Assembly: GCF_963921235.1 (NCBI RefSeq)
Contig: NC_086097.1
Location: 59,894,001-59,958,000, forward strand
Direction of reading: 5' to 3'
Length of the DNA: 64,000 bases
Source of the DNA: Mobula hypostoma
Lineage: Eukaryota
Numbering within the stretch: the first letter of the stretch is position 1; each line of letters starts with the position of its first letter. Positions 12,275 to 25,957 of this stretch are shown here, piece by piece. The notes below the pieces were generated by a model, which saw nothing but the letters and a program-made list of their open reading frames with translations, was not told the DNA's origin and ran no database searches. A program made the translations under genes and the position numbers.

Positions 12275-13770
12275 GTGTTCATGAATATCTCCAACCTCTC
12301 GCTTCAGCTGCTTGTGTACCCAGCTGCTTCGAGCAGGCTTTAATCATACCAGTGCTCAAGAAGAATGTGGTAACCTGCCTCAGTTACTATTGCCCATTGG
12401 CACTTACACTCCCAAGTGTTTGAGAGGCTGGTGTTAAAACATAACAGCAGCTTCTGTCTGAGTGGCAGCTTGGATTTGCACCAATTTGCCTACCAGAACA
12501 TTAGGTTCATAGCAGATGCCATCTCGTTGGGTTTTCACACAGTCCTGGTACATCTGAACAGCAAAGATGCATACACTGGGATGCTTTTTATCGATTACAG
12601 CTCAGCATTTGATACCATCATGCCATCCAAACTAATCAGTAAACTCCAAACTCTGTGCCTCAACATCCGCTTGTGCAATTAGATTCTGGATTTCCTCACT
12701 TGCAGACCCCAGTCAATTCAAATTGGCAAAAACATCTCCTCCACAATCTCTATTACCACAGGTGCTTAGTCCCCTGCTTTAGTCGCTTTACCCCTCTGAC
12801 GGTGTGGCTAAGTACAGCTCCAACATCATATTCAAGTTTGCTCATGACACCACTGCTGTGGGCCTTATCAAAGTTGGTGATGAATCGGCATACAGGAGGG
12901 AGATTGAAAATTTGGCTGAGTGGTGTTTCACTCAATGTCACCAAGACCAAGGAACTGATTATAGACTTCAGGAGAGGGAAACCAGAGGTCCATGAGCCTG
13001 TCCTCATTGGAGGATCAGAGGTGGAAAGGACCAGTAACTTTAAATTCTTGGGCTTCACTATCTCAGAGGACCTGTCCTGGACCCAGCATAAGAATGTAAT
13101 TGCAAAAAAAGCACCACAGTGCTTCTATTTTCTTAGGAGCTTGTGGAGATTCAGCATGACATCAAAAACTTCGATAGCTGTGCAGTGGAAAGTGTATTGG
13201 CTGGCTGCATTACGGGCTGGTAAGGGAACACCAATGACTTTGAACTGAAAATCCAACAAAGGATAATGGATTCGGCCCATGCTTCATGGGAAAAGCCCTC
13301 CCAATCATTGAGCACATCTGCATGAAACAATGTCGTGCAAAAGTAGCATCCATCATCAAAGATCCTCACCACCCAGGCCATGGTCTTTTCTCACTGCCGC
13401 CTGTGGAAGGTACAAGTGCCTCAGGACTTGCACTACCAGGTTCAAGAACAATTACTACCCCTCAACCATCAGGCTTTTGAACAAAAGAGGATAACTACAT
13501 TCACCTATTGAGATGTTCCCACAACCAATGATCTCACTTTAAGAACTCTTTATCTTGTTATTTCATGCTCTCATTATTTATTGCTATTTATTTATATTTG
13601 CATTTGCACAGTTTGCTGTCTTCTATGCTCCACTTGCTCTTTCATTGATCCTGTTTACAATTACTATTGTATAGATTTGTTGAATATGCCTGCAGGAAAA
13701 ATAATCTCAGGGATGTATGTGGTGACATGTATGTACTGTGATAAGTTTTACTTTGAACTTTTAACTTTGA
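12275..13770 (+). mobile_element. Rex1/Babar LINE, degraded RT and 3'UTR
   Basis: FERLVLKH, QFAY, LFIDYSSAFDTI, FKFAHDTTAVG, KTKELIIDFRR; tttgaac-type tail. Confidence 0.9.
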
Positions 13771-14648
13771 AAGACATGCAGAGTGAGTAACATTCTGGTT
13801 AGGAAAACCTGGAGTGGAGGAGCATTTCAGTCAGATTTCTACCAGCACCATCCTATTGTGAGTGTTAAATACAAAAGGGAACAAGGGATTTGAGTTTGTT
13901 ATTAGTGATATACCACTAAAGCAGACTGCATTACATTCACAGAATCAGCCCCCAGATAAAAAGAATCAATAAAATTAAATTATACACACTCCTTCTAAAA
14001 TACTTGTTAAGAAAACCCTAAATGTCATGAAATTAAAAGTTTAATTCTTTGTTCAGGTACATAATTTAGTCGGTTTAAAAATATGCAAAATGTGTGCAAC
14101 GTGAAATAACAATTTCTATTGTAAAATAATTTATTGTTCTAGCCACTGAGAGCGAGAGGAGAGATTTTTAGCACTATATTTACAGACCATTAACCCTGAT
14201 CCACCTGTGTCTTCCATCTGAAAGTGACAATTACAAATGGCTCTCAAAGGCCTGAAAAACTATAATGTATTTAAATCCAGGAATGATGCTAATTTCACTT
14301 TATGGAATTCACGTAATCCCACCAATGCTTCTAAGTGCCAATTTGCTAAGTGTCAAGTGCAAAACGGTATCGGAGCAAATTTAAGGTACACCAACTAATA
14401 AAATATAAATCAAAATATACTTCAGGTTTTATGAGAACATGCCCCTATTGTTCACAGCTTGTAGCATGCTATCGACTCATTCTAATGAATACAGTAGTCT
14501 ACCAGGTGTTAACTGTGCTAATGATTAGCTAGCCATATTACCTTCAGCCGGTATTGTTCATGACAAAGCCTACCTGTAATGCTCAAAGTCAGCTGGCAAC
14601 TTGAAAATGACCTTTGTCATTAGAGCCGAAATTGTATTCATTCTGTAG

Positions 14649-17600
14649 AAACATAGAAACAGAAAAACCTCCTGCACAATACAGGCCCTTCAGCCCATAA
14701 AGCTCTGCCGAAAATGTCCCTGACTTAGAACTACCTAGGCTTTACACATAGCCCTCTATTTTTCTAAGCTCCATGTAGCCATCCAGGAGCCTCTTAAAAG
14801 ACCTGATATTTTCTGAGTCCACCAACACCGCAGGCAGCCCATTCCATGCGGTCACCACTCTCTGTGTAAAAAACTTGCCCCTGACATTTCCTCTGTACCT
14901 CCTTCTAAGCACCTTAAAACTCTGCCCTCTCGTGCTAGCCATTTCAGCCCTGGGGAAAAGCCTCTGACTATCCACACAATCAATGCCTCTCATTGTCTTG
15001 TACACCTCTATCAGGTCATCCCTCATTCTCCGTCGCTCCAAGGAGAAAAGTTCGAGTTCACTCAACCTATTCTCATAAGGCATGCTCCCAAAACCAGGCA
15101 ACATCCTATGGTTTCCACGTCCTTCCTGTAGTGAGGCGAACAGAATTGAGCACATTACTCCAAGTGGGGTCTGACTAGGGTCCTCTATAGCTGCAACATT
15201 ACCTCTCAGCTCTTAAACTCAATCCCACGACTGATATGCACCATATGCCTTCTTAACCAGAGTTAACCTGCGTAGCAGCTTTGAGTGTCCTATGGACTCG
15301 GACCCCAAGATCCCTCTGATCCTCCACACTACCAAGAGTCTTACCATTAATGCTATATTCTGCCATCATATTTGACCTACCAAAATGAACCACCTCACAC
15401 TTAGCTGGGTTGAACTCCATCTGCTACTTCTCAGCCCAGTTTTGCACCCTATCAATGTCCCATTGTAACCTCTGACAGCCCTCCACACTATCCACAACAC
15501 CCCCAATCTTTGTGTCATCAGCAAATTTACTAACCCATCCCTCCACTTCCTCATCCAGGTCATTTATAAAAATCACAAAGAGTAGGTGTCTCAGAACAGA
15601 TCCTTGAGGCACACCACAGGTCACTGGCCTCCATGCAGAGTATGACCCGTCTACAACCACTCTTTGCCTTCTGTGGGCAAGCCATTTCTGGATCCACAAA
15701 GCAATGTCCCCTTGGATACCATGCCTCCTTACTTTCTCAATAAGCCATGCATGGGGTACCTTATAAAATGCCTTGCTGAAATCCATATACACTACATCTA
15801 TGACTGTACCTTCATCAATGTGTTTAATCACATCCTCAAAAAATTCAATCAGGCTCATAAGGTATGACCTGCCTTTGACAAAGCTATGCTCACTATTCCT
15901 AATCATATTATGCCTCTCCAAATGTTCATAAATCCTACCTCTCTGGATCTTCTCCATCAACTTACCAACCACTGAAGTAAGACTCACTGGCCTATAATTT
16001 CTTGGGCTATCTCTACTCCCTTTCGTGAATAATGGAACAACATCTGCAACCCTTCAATCCTCCGGAACCTCTCCCATCTTCATTGATGATGCAAATATCA
16101 TTGCCAGAGGCTCAGCAATCTCCTCCCTCACTTCCCATAGTAGCCTGGGGTACATCCCATCCGGTCCTGGTGACTTATCCAACTTGATGCTTTCCAAAAG
16201 CTCTAGCACATCCTTTTCCTTTATATCAACATGCTCAAGCTTCTCAGTCCACTGCAAGTCATCCCTACAATTGCCAAGATCCTCATCCGTCGTGAATACT
16301 GAAGCAAAGTATTCATTAAGTACATCCGCTATTTCCTCCAGTTCCATGCACACTTTTCCATTGTCTTAATTGAGGCACTTGATTCTCATTTCGGGCTGGC
16401 AAGTTAAATAGCTCTGGGGTCCAGTGATGCCTTGCTGGACCGTCCTTGGCAGTAACCTTATCAGAATCCCCGTCAAGTTAACCCACCGGAGTGAGACTAG
16501 AGCCGCTGTCTGTAGTTCCTGGGCTTGCCGTTACTTGGAGCCATTTCACGTCAATAAAGGTCAGTCTATCATTGTGTGGTTTTGTCTCTCTGTGTTCTCT
16601 CCTCCACTGGGTAGGTCCAGCCATTTGCTGCAACCCTGAGGGCGGAAACGGTCTCAGTGTTTTTTGACCTGCATCCAAGAAGGGTTCCGTGTCCTATGTC
16701 TAAGAAGAGTCCCGGCTGTATGTCCTGTGTCCAAGGAGGAGCCCGGATCAGTGTTCTGTGTCTTGTGTCTAAGTCAAATCTGAGCCTACTCCAAGTCGAG
16801 AGTTAAGTCCAAGCCAAGTCCAAGCCAGGAGCCAAGCCCAGACCCTGGTGCCGAGTCCCAGCCAAGACCTGAGTTCTGAGTCATGACCCGAGTTCCCTGT
16901 CGAGTTCTAGTCCCAAGTCCAAGTCCAGGTTTTCTGGTTTGTCGCTCTTCATCTTCCTTCGTGTTATCATTTTGTCCTCACTCCTTGGCTTCCCTAGCAA
17001 TCTTAATAAACATAGTCCAGTTCCTAGTACTTCAGTGTCTGTGTCTGGCATTTGGGTCTGCTTCCATTGCCCCCTTATGACAGTAAGCTATTCTTTTCCT
17101 CTTGAATAGATTTACAACAGCCTTTGTACACCATGGATCTTGGACCCTACCATCCGTTCCATGTCTCATCGGAACCTACCTACTCAGAACTCCACACAAA
17201 TATCCCCTGAACATTTGCCACTTTCTTCCGTACGCTTCCATGAGAACATCTGTTTCCAATTTATGCTTCCAAGTTCCTGCCTGATAGCCTCATATTTCCC
17301 CTTACTCCAATTAAACGTTTCCCTAACTTGTCTGTTCCCCTCCCTCTCCAATACTATGGTAAAGGAGATAGAATTGTGATCACTATCTCCAAAATGCTCT
17401 CCCGCTGAGAGACCTGACAATGACCAGGTTCATTTCTCAATACCAGATCAAGTACAGCCTCTCCTCTTGTAGGTTTATCTACATATTGTGTCAAGAAACC
17501 TTCCTGAACACACCTAACAAACTCCATCCCATCTAAACTCCTCACTCCAGGGATGTGCCTATCAATATTTGGGAAATTAAAATCTCCCATGACAACAACC

Positions 17601-19250
17601 CTGTTATTATTATTCCTTTCCAGAATCTGTCTCCCTATCTGCTCCTCGATGTCCCTGTTACTATTGGGTGGTCCATAAAAAACACCCAGTAGAGTTATTG
17701 ACCCCTTCCTATTCCTAACTTCAACCCACAGAGAATCCATAGACAACCCCTCCATGACTTCCTCCTTTTCTGCAGCTGTGACACTATCTCTGATCAACAG
17801 TACCACGCCCCCACATCTTTTGCCTCCCTCCCTATCCTTTCTGAAACATCTAATGCCTGACTCTTGAAGTAGCCATTCCTGCCCCTGCACCATACAAGTC
17901 TCTGTAATGGCCACAACATCATAGCTCCAAGTGCTGATCCACACTCTAAGCTCATGCGCTTTATTCATAATACTCCTCGCATTAAAATAGACACATCTCA
18001 AACCTTCGGTCTGAGTGCGTCTCTTCCCTATCACCTGCCTATCTTCTCTTTCGCACCATTTCCAAGCTTTCTCCATTTGTGAGCCAACCTTCCTTTCCTC
18101 TGTTACTTCAATTCAGTTCCCAACCCCAGCAACTCTAGTTTAAACTCTCCCCAATAACCTTAGCTAACTTTCCTGCTGGAATATTAGTCCCCCTTGGATT
18201 CAAGTGTAACCCATCCTTTTTGTACAGGTCACACCTGTCCCAGAAGAGGTCCCAATGATCCAGAAATCTGAATCCCTGCCCCCTGCTCCAATCCCTCAGC
18301 CACGCATTTATTCTCCACCTCATTCTATTCCTATACTCACCGTCACATGGCACAGGCAGTAATCCTGAGATTATTACCTTTGAGGTCTTGCTTCTCAACT
18401 TCTTTCCTAACTCCCTGTAGCCTGTTTTCAGGACCTCCCCCGGTTCCTACCTATGTCGTTGGTACCAATATGTACCACAACCTCTGGTTGTTCTCCTTCC
18501 CACTTCAAGATATCATGGACGCGATCAGAAATATCCTGGACCCTGGCACCTGGGAGGCAAACTACCACTCATGTTTCTTTCCTGCGTCCACAGAATCGCC
18601 TATCTGACCCCCTAACTATAGAGTCCCCTATCACTGCTGCCATCCTCTTCCTTTCCCTACCCTTCTGAGCCACAGGGCCAGACTCTGTGCCAGAGGCACG
18701 GCCACTGTTGCTTCCCCCAGGTAGGCTATCCCCCCCAACAGTACTCAAGCAGGAGTACTTATTGTTAAGGAGGACAGCCACTGGGGTACTCTCTAGTACC
18801 TGCTTCTTGCCCTTTCCTCTCCTGACTCTTCTCCTGTGGTCCCGGAGTGATGACCTGCCTATAGCTCTTCTCTATCACCTTCTCACTCTCCCTGACCAGA
18901 TGAAGGTCATCAAACTGCAGCTCCAGTCCCTAACATGGTCTCTAAGGAGCTGCAGCTCAACACACCTGGTGCAGATGTGGTTGTCTGGGAGGCCGGGAGT
19001 CTCCAGGACCTCCCACATCTGACACCGAGCACAGAAAACCGGCCTCACACACATACTTCCTGTCTTTATTTTAAACAGATAACCTACCTGGCCTCGACCC
19101 CTTATTTCCTGAGCCCGTTGAGACAAAGCCTTCTACTCTGTCATCTGCTCCTCCGACGCCCGCTTTCTAAATCTGTCTTCTTTTTAAACTCTTCCCGCTG
19201 TTCTCACTGGCCGACCTCCATGTGCTTGCGCAGTCGTGTCACGTTCAAAC
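14649..19250 (-). mobile_element. Near full-length CR1 LINE (ORF1 zinc finger + SGNH esterase; ORF2 APE + RT), frameshifted
   Basis: ORF1 CARCQMWE...CTRC, VIGDSIVRG, DGLHLN; ORF2 YFNARSI, MGDFNFPNI, DFSKAF, KFADDTK; tail at 14649-14665. Confidence 0.95.
16366..17082 (+). mobile_element. LTR-like (Gypsy-type) insert within CR1, probably 5'-clipped
   Basis: Non-CR1 sequence with ccaagt/ccaagc microrepeats, AATAAA at ~17005, gcatttgggtc and a ...TGACA end. No TSD; adjacent CR1 sequence is missing. Confidence 0.6.
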
Positions 19251-19639
19251 AGCTGAAGAAATCACAATAAAGAACCGTTTAGTGTGAAGAAATTTTATGA
19301 GTGAATCTTACCCAGGAAATAGGGAAGAATTGCATGCAAAGGTAGTAGGAAGGCTATGACGCTTTGAAAGAGGAAGCAGTAAACAGGAGTATCGAGGGAA
19401 TGGGGTGGATAAATTGGGATGGAGGATCTCCTAGCTCAAGAATGCAGATAACCCTGAAAGATGATAACAAATATCAAATTAAAGGAAAGAGCACCACAAC
19501 AATAAAAAACCTTGCAATTCACTTTATTTCCATCATTCACTTCACAATAAAGTGGTTATTGCAAGGGGAGTGATAGAGCTGAAGTGAATTTCAAAGTTAT
19601 TACAATACTGGCCAACTGAAATATGGCCACCTAATCAAC

Positions 19640-20500
19640 GGCATAGTTAACATGTTCAGAATTTATTTGGAATATTCATGTATTACACTGCAGTCAGACA
19701 TAGGCCTTCTCCTTGTGAATCTTTCCTGTGAACCATCTGAATACCATTCTGGCTCTGCTGTTGAGCAGAGTTTGCACGTGATAACCACAAAAGAATTTGC
19801 ATGCTAGCTGCAGAATGGGTAGCGGGAAATGCTATCAAAACCTCCTATTCACCTGCTGAAGAGAAGAATATAGATGGATATTTTTCAATATGGAGTCTCA
19901 GAGGCACACCATCCACCTACCCACACATCTTGTCACAACTTGGATGGCCAACCGTCAAATGCTGAAGGTATGTCCTTAATGTTTGTCACATTTGACTTAC
20001 ACTATTATTTTTGAATGATCCTTCAGTGTGGTTCAGAAGTAAAGCCTTCTGGGTGCCAGGGAGTTGTATTTGTGTTAGAGTGGACAGTATCACCTGCAGG
20101 CCACTTCTGCAGAACCAATGTTCCTTTGTCCCTGTGAAACCTGGGTGGGTGTAACTCAAAGCAGATTTCCAAGGGATGCACTGGTAATCCAACTCGCGTA
20201 ATTTACTAAATGGTTACCCACAGGCCCATCGCAATGAACTTGGTTTTACACTGTGGTCTTCTGCTTCAACATCTGCAGCCTTCCGTACAGTCTTCTCCCA
20301 TCTCACCCATTCAGTGGCAGCCAACACTCACCCTGCATCCTCTTCCATATTCAATTTTCCCTACTTGCAGGATACTTTGCCCCACTGCATCATCAGTCTT
20401 GCTGTAGCTCTGGGCTTTCTTGAAGGTAAAGCATTCCTTTGATTCTAGTGCCAATACCCTTACCATTTGAGGCTGCTGAACTTCCGAGCGACAAACCACG
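19640..20500 (-). mobile_element. Possible ancient non-LTR retroelement remnant (Hero/R2-like C-terminal region)
   Basis: Only scattered weak motif echoes (DAVGQ, IPWKS, LPGTQK, LRLHI resembling LRPDI) across broken frames. Confidence 0.3.
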
Positions 20501-20533
20501 ACAAAACTAGTTCCTGCGTTATAGCAGTTAGCA

Positions 20534-20581
20534 TAGAATTTCAATAGCACAATTCCTTAGAATTTCAATAGCACAATTCTT
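20534..20581. repeat. 24-bp tandem duplication
   Basis: tagaatttcaatagcacaattc(c/t)t x2. Confidence 0.95.
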
Positions 20582-21781
20582 TAGTGTCCACTTTGTATCC
20601 TCAACAAGGTGCCACATCCTTTGGATGTCAGGATGACAACAATTTACTGTGAATAAGCCATGGAATGTCAATTGACAAGATAACCTAGCTTATCATACCA
20701 CCACAGTTTTATATTCTGTCTGTCAATGTGTTCATTAGTCCAATATTCCTCATTCATTGTCATCACAGCAAGAAACAGAAGTAAACAACTTCTTTCCAGT
20801 TTGTAACAAGCGATTATTTCTATTCACATTAAAGAATCATTTTAGCGTGAAAGAAATAAAAATCAGAACAGTTAAATGGCCTGGAGAGAGAAGAGCTAAG
20901 CTTCTGATGAAAGATCCCCAACCTGAAACACTATTATTCCATGGAGTCTATCTGACCTGAACATTTTCTCTCTCTCTCTCGAGGCTGCCAGCGGAAGAGA
21001 TGAGCTCAGCTTTATATCTTCATCTTTTTTTCACTCTCACCTTTGAAAATGAATTTCCTTGATTTACCTCAGCAGCTGCAAATGCCTTTTCGCTTCCTTA
21101 TCTCTCCATTGCACATTACATAAAACAATAAATTCCCACTATGTATCTTCTTTTGAAGCAAAAGTTAAAGAAGCGGGCCAATATTGTTTTCAAGCTATTC
21201 AAAGCTATTAGGTTGTGAAACATAATTTAGAGTGAAGGGCACAGGGCATCCACATCACTCTGTCCTTTCTTAACTGCACAGACACTGAAACTACATTTTC
21301 AATTAATTCACAGACAATTGCGCTGTTATTAAACTGAGAAGTCTTTGAAGAAGGAAATACCTTACAGTACACTGTTACATTGATTTTTATCAAAAAATGA
21401 CTTGAAAAAGCCATCTTATTAAAAAGACATCTGTCTAAAAACGTATCAATATTTTTCTTCAGAAAGAAAATTGCTCTATGGGCATGTGCTTGCAAAATTG
21501 AACTGAAAATTCGAAATAAATTCATTGTTTCATACATGAGGGCCTTAGAAATAATCAAGGAGGGTTTCAACATGTTCAAAATACCTTACACACCTGTGTT
21601 GTATGGAGGTCACATGAGATGTTCTAAGCTCTTGTACACATTCACTAAAATGTCCTCTTATCTGCAAACACATTACTAGGCTTTTTGTTTTGCTTTGACT
21701 TATAAGTGAATGGAGGGTTTCATATCTGACGAGGAAGATTGGGAGGACACACAAATGGAGCACCAAAGTTAGCATGGACTG

Positions 21782-21977
21782 TGTTATGTTTTGTAACTCC
21801 AGAAGTGATTGAAAGACAAACATGGGAGCCTGGAGAAACATGTCTACTTAGTTTTTACATTCACATATGATATTGTGGCGTAATGACATAAGGCATTCAC
21901 GTACTTATTACATATAACCTGTAATGAATTAATCAAACAATATATTTACAATACTACCCAATAATTGAATACACAAC
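21782..21977 (-). repeat. 3' LTR of the Gypsy element
   Basis: Homologous to 34271-34483 (ttatgttttgtaactc...gagaaacatg.ctacttag...tcaaacaatatatttacaata...atacacaac); adjacent to the PPT. Confidence 0.85.
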
Positions 21978-22060
21978 TCCCCTCCCTGCTTAGCTATAAA
22001 CTCCAAATCAATATAGAAGGCATCTCAACTCAAATTTGTATCATATTGTTCTCTAATCAT

Positions 22061-22067
<7 letters not shown>

Positions 22068-22093
<26 letters not shown>
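22068..22093. repeat. (CA)n microsatellite
   Basis: Directly visible. Confidence 0.95.
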
Positions 22094-22100
<7 letters not shown>

Positions 22101-22169
22101 ACAATTTATTATAATTACAATATGGTAATCCACACCATAGTAAATTTTAAATTGTCTCCTCTCAGACTT

Positions 22170-22606
22170 AAAGATGTCTTCACTGTGGAGGATTTGTAGT
22201 CTTGTGGGATAATGTCTTTCCTCACAGGAGGGCGTCACTCTGCTTGGCTCTAAAACAATCTCAGCTTTTGGAGCCTTGTCTGTGGTGGTGGTTGTAGAAG
22301 TTGACTCTGAGACTGCAGGAAGTGGTTCTGATGTTCTGAACTCCTTTCTTCTCTAACAATTGACTCTGCTCTCCTCAGCTGATTGATGTGCTGTCTCCAG
22401 ATGACATCAGGCATAATCTCCACTGTGTAGGAGGGTAAACCAGTTCCGTCCTTCATCATTTCAAATACCTGCTTTTGATCAGCTCTGATGTTGCTTACCA
22501 GGATTGTTTGTCCAGCAATAAAACATTGATCTTCCTTGTTTGCAGAGCCCTCAGTATTTGTCCTACGTACTTCTGAGATTAGGTTTGAGGAGATCCAAGC
22601 GTGAGC
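22170..22606 (-). pseudogene. Gypsy integrase C-terminal remnant
   Basis: GTGLPSYTVEIMPDVIWRQHINQLRR and ERHYPTR motifs. Confidence 0.8.
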
Positions 22607-25600
22607 CCAAAGGTTCATTTATTATCAAAGTATGCAACTCTGAATAATAAGTTTACCATCCTGGATACTGTTGGCGGGAATGACCGACCAGGTGTGAGCC
22701 ACGGTGGCAGGGCTTCTGGCACTGAGTCAGACCCTGTGGTGCACAAGGGTGGGACGGAGAAGAGGAGAGTTTTCATCATTGGAGACTCTATAGTCAGGGG
22801 AGTAGACAGGAGATTTTGTAGACGTGAGAAGGACACCCGCATAGTTTGTTGTCTCCTGCGTGCCAGGGTCCGGGATGTCTCCGACCGGGTGCACGACATC
22901 CTAGTATGAGAGGGAAAGCAACCAGGAGTCGTGATACATGTTGGCATCAACGACATAGGCAGGAAGAGGGATGAGGTCCTGAAGTGTGAGTTTCGGGAAC
23001 TAGGCAGAAGGCTGAAGAACAGGACCTCAAGGGTGACGTTCTCAGGATTGCTGCCAGTGCTACGTGACAGTGATGGTAAGAATTGGAGGAGATGGCAGTT
23101 GAATGCGTGGCTGAGGAGTTTGTGCATGGAGCAGGGTTTTAGATTTTTAGATCATTGGGATCTCTTCTGGGGAAGGTGGGACCTGTACAGATTGGATGGG
23201 TTGCACCTGAACTCGAGGGGGAGTGATATCCTTGCAGGTAAGTTTGCTAGCATGGTTAGGGAGGGTTTAAACTAATTTGCAAGGGGGATGGGACCTGGAG
23301 TGATAGAGCAGTGAAAGAAGTGCATGGAGTAAAGCCAGATCTAACATACAGAGAGGCTTTGAGGAAAGAGAAGTAGAATAAACAGTGTAAAGGTAGAAAG
23401 GTAGTAAGGCAGAAGGGCTGAAGTGTGTGTACTTCAATGCAAGAAGCATCAGGAGCAAAGGTGATGAACTGAGAGTTTGGATACATACATGGAATTATGA
23501 TGTAGTGGTCATTACAGAGACTTGCCTGGCACTAGGGCAGGAATGGATTCTCAATATTCCTGGATTTCAGTGCTTTAAAAGAGATAGAGAGGGCGGAAAA
23601 AGGGGAGGAGGGATGGCATTACTGGTCAGGGATACTATTACAGCTACAGCAAGGGTGGGTAATGTAGCAGGATCCTCTTTTGAGTCAATATGGGTGGAAG
23701 TCAGGAACAGGAAGGGAGCAGTTACTCTACTGGGGGTATTCTATCGGCCCCCTGGTAGCGGCAGAGATACAGAGGAGCAGATTGGGAGGCAGATTTTGGA
23801 AAGGTGCAAAAATAACAGGGTTGTTATCATGGGTGACTTTAACTTCCCTAATATTGATTGGCACCTGATTAGTTCCAAGGGTTTAGATGGGGCAGAATTT
23901 GTTAAGAGTGTCCAGGATGGATTCCTGTCACAGTATGTGGACAGGCCGACCAGGGGGAAAGCCATACTAGATCTAGTACTAGGTAATGAACCGGGTCAGG
24001 TCACAGATCTCTCAGTGGGTGAGCATCTGGGGGACAATGACCACTCCCTGGCCTTTATATTTATCACTGAAAAGGATAGAATCAAAGAAGACAGGAAAAT
24101 TTTTAATTGGGGAAGGGCAAATTATGAGGCTATAAGGCTAGAACTTGCAGGTGTGAATTGGGATGATGTTTAGCTGAGAAATGTAAGATGGACGTGTGGT
24201 CGATGTTTAGGGATCTTTAGCAGGATGTTAGGGATAAATTTGTCCCAGTGAGGAAGATAAAGAATGGTAGGGTGAAGGAACCATGACTGACAAGTGAGGT
24301 GGAAAATCTAGTCAGGAGGAAGAAGGCAGCATATATGAGGTTGAGGAAGCAAAGATCAGATGGGTCTGTTGAGGAATATAGGGTAGCAAGAAAGGAGCTT
24401 AAGAAGGGGCTGAGAAGAGCAAGAAGGGGCTGAGAAGAGCAAGAAGGGGGCATGAGAAGGCCTTGGCAAGTAGGGCAAAGGAAAATCCCAAGGCATTCTT
24501 CAATTATGCAAAGAATAAAAGGATGAAAGGAGTGAAGGTAGGACTGATTAGAGATAAAGGTAGGAAGATGTGCCTGGAGGCTGTGGAAGTGAACGAGGTC
24601 CTCAATGAATACCTCTCTTCGGTATTCACCAATGAGAGGGAACTTGATGACGGTGGGGACAATATGAGTGAGGTTGATGTTCTGGAGCATGTTGATATTA
24701 AGAGAGAGGAGGTGTTGGAGTTGTTAAAATACATTAGGGTGGGTAAGTCCCCGGGGCCTGATGGAATATTCCCCAGGCTGCTCCACGAGGCGAGGAAAGA
24801 GATTGCTGAGCCTCTGGCTAGGATCTTTATGTCCTCGTTGTCCACATGAATGGTACCGGAGGATTGGAGGGAGGCAAATGTTGTCCCCTTTTTCAAAAAA
24901 GGTAGTAGGGATAGTCCAGGTAATTACAGACAAGTGAGCCTTACGTCTGTGGTGGGAAAACTGTTGGAAAAGATTCTTAGAGATAGGATCTATGGGCATT
25001 TAGAGAATCATGGTCTGATCAAGGACAGTCAGCATGGATTTGTGAAGGGCAGATCGTGTCTAACAAGCCTGATAGAGTTCTTTGAGGAGGTGACCAGGCA
25101 TATAGATGAGGGTAGTGCAGTGGATGTGATCTATATGGATTTTAGTAAGGCATTTGACAAGGTTCCACAAGGTAGGCTTATTCAGAAAGTTAGAAGGTAT
25201 GGGATCCAGGGAAGTTTGGCCAGGTGGATTCAGAATTGGCTTGCCTGCAGAAGGCAGAGGGTGGTGGTGCAGGAAGTACATTCGGATTGGAGGATTGTGA
25301 CTAGTGGTGTCCCACAAGGATCGGTTCTGGGACCTCTACTTTTTGTGATTTTCATTAACGACCTGGATGTGGGGGTAGAAGGGTGGGTTGGCAAGTTTGC
25401 AGACGACACAAAGGTTGATGGTGTTGTAGATAGTGTAGAGGATTGTCAAAGATTACTGAGAGACATTGATAGGATGCAGAAGTGGGCTGAGAAGTGGCAG
25501 ATGGAGTTCAACCCGGAGAAGTGTGAGGTGGTACACTTTGGAAGGACAAACTCCAAGGCAGAGTGCAAAGTAAATGGCAGGATACTTGGTAGTGTGGAGG

Positions 25601-25841
25601 AGCAGAGGGATCTGAGGGTACATATCCACAGATCCCTGAATGTTGCCTCACAGGTAGGTAGGGTAGTTAGGAAAGCTTATGGGGTGTTAGCTTTCATAAG
25701 TCGAGGGATAGAGTTTAAGAGTCGCGAAGTAATGATGCAGCTCTATAAAACTCTGGTTAGGCCACACTTGGAATACTGTCAACACACATAAAAGTTGCTG
25801 GTGAACGCAGCAGGCCAGGCAGCATCTCTAGGAAGAGGTGC

Positions 25842-25877
25842 AGTCGACGTTTCAGGCCGAGACCCTTCGTCAGGACT
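25842..25877 (-). ncRNA. Minimal type I hammerhead ribozyme (inverted arm)
   Basis: Minus strand agtc-CUGACGA-agg(gtctcgg)cct-GAAACGUC-gact. Confidence 0.75.
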
Positions 25878-25921
25878 AACTGAAGGAAGAGTCTTCCTTT
25901 TCTCTCACTCTTCCTTCAGTT

Positions 25922-25957
25922 AGTCCTGACGAAGGATCTTGGCCTGAAACGTCGACT
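25922..25957 (+). ncRNA. Minimal type I hammerhead ribozyme
   Basis: agtc-CUGACGA-agg(atcttgg)cct-GAAACGUC-gact; stem I agtc/gact. Confidence 0.75.

Noticed and set aside
16790..16926. Short spaced repeats resembling a CRISPR array
   Set aside because: These are degenerate 6-bp microrepeats in an LTR within eukaryotic DNA; no constant repeat with unique spacers and no cas genes.
21208..21841. Two overlapping minus-strand ORFs
   Set aside because: No homology recognised; AT-rich chance ORFs, one of which runs into the LTR.
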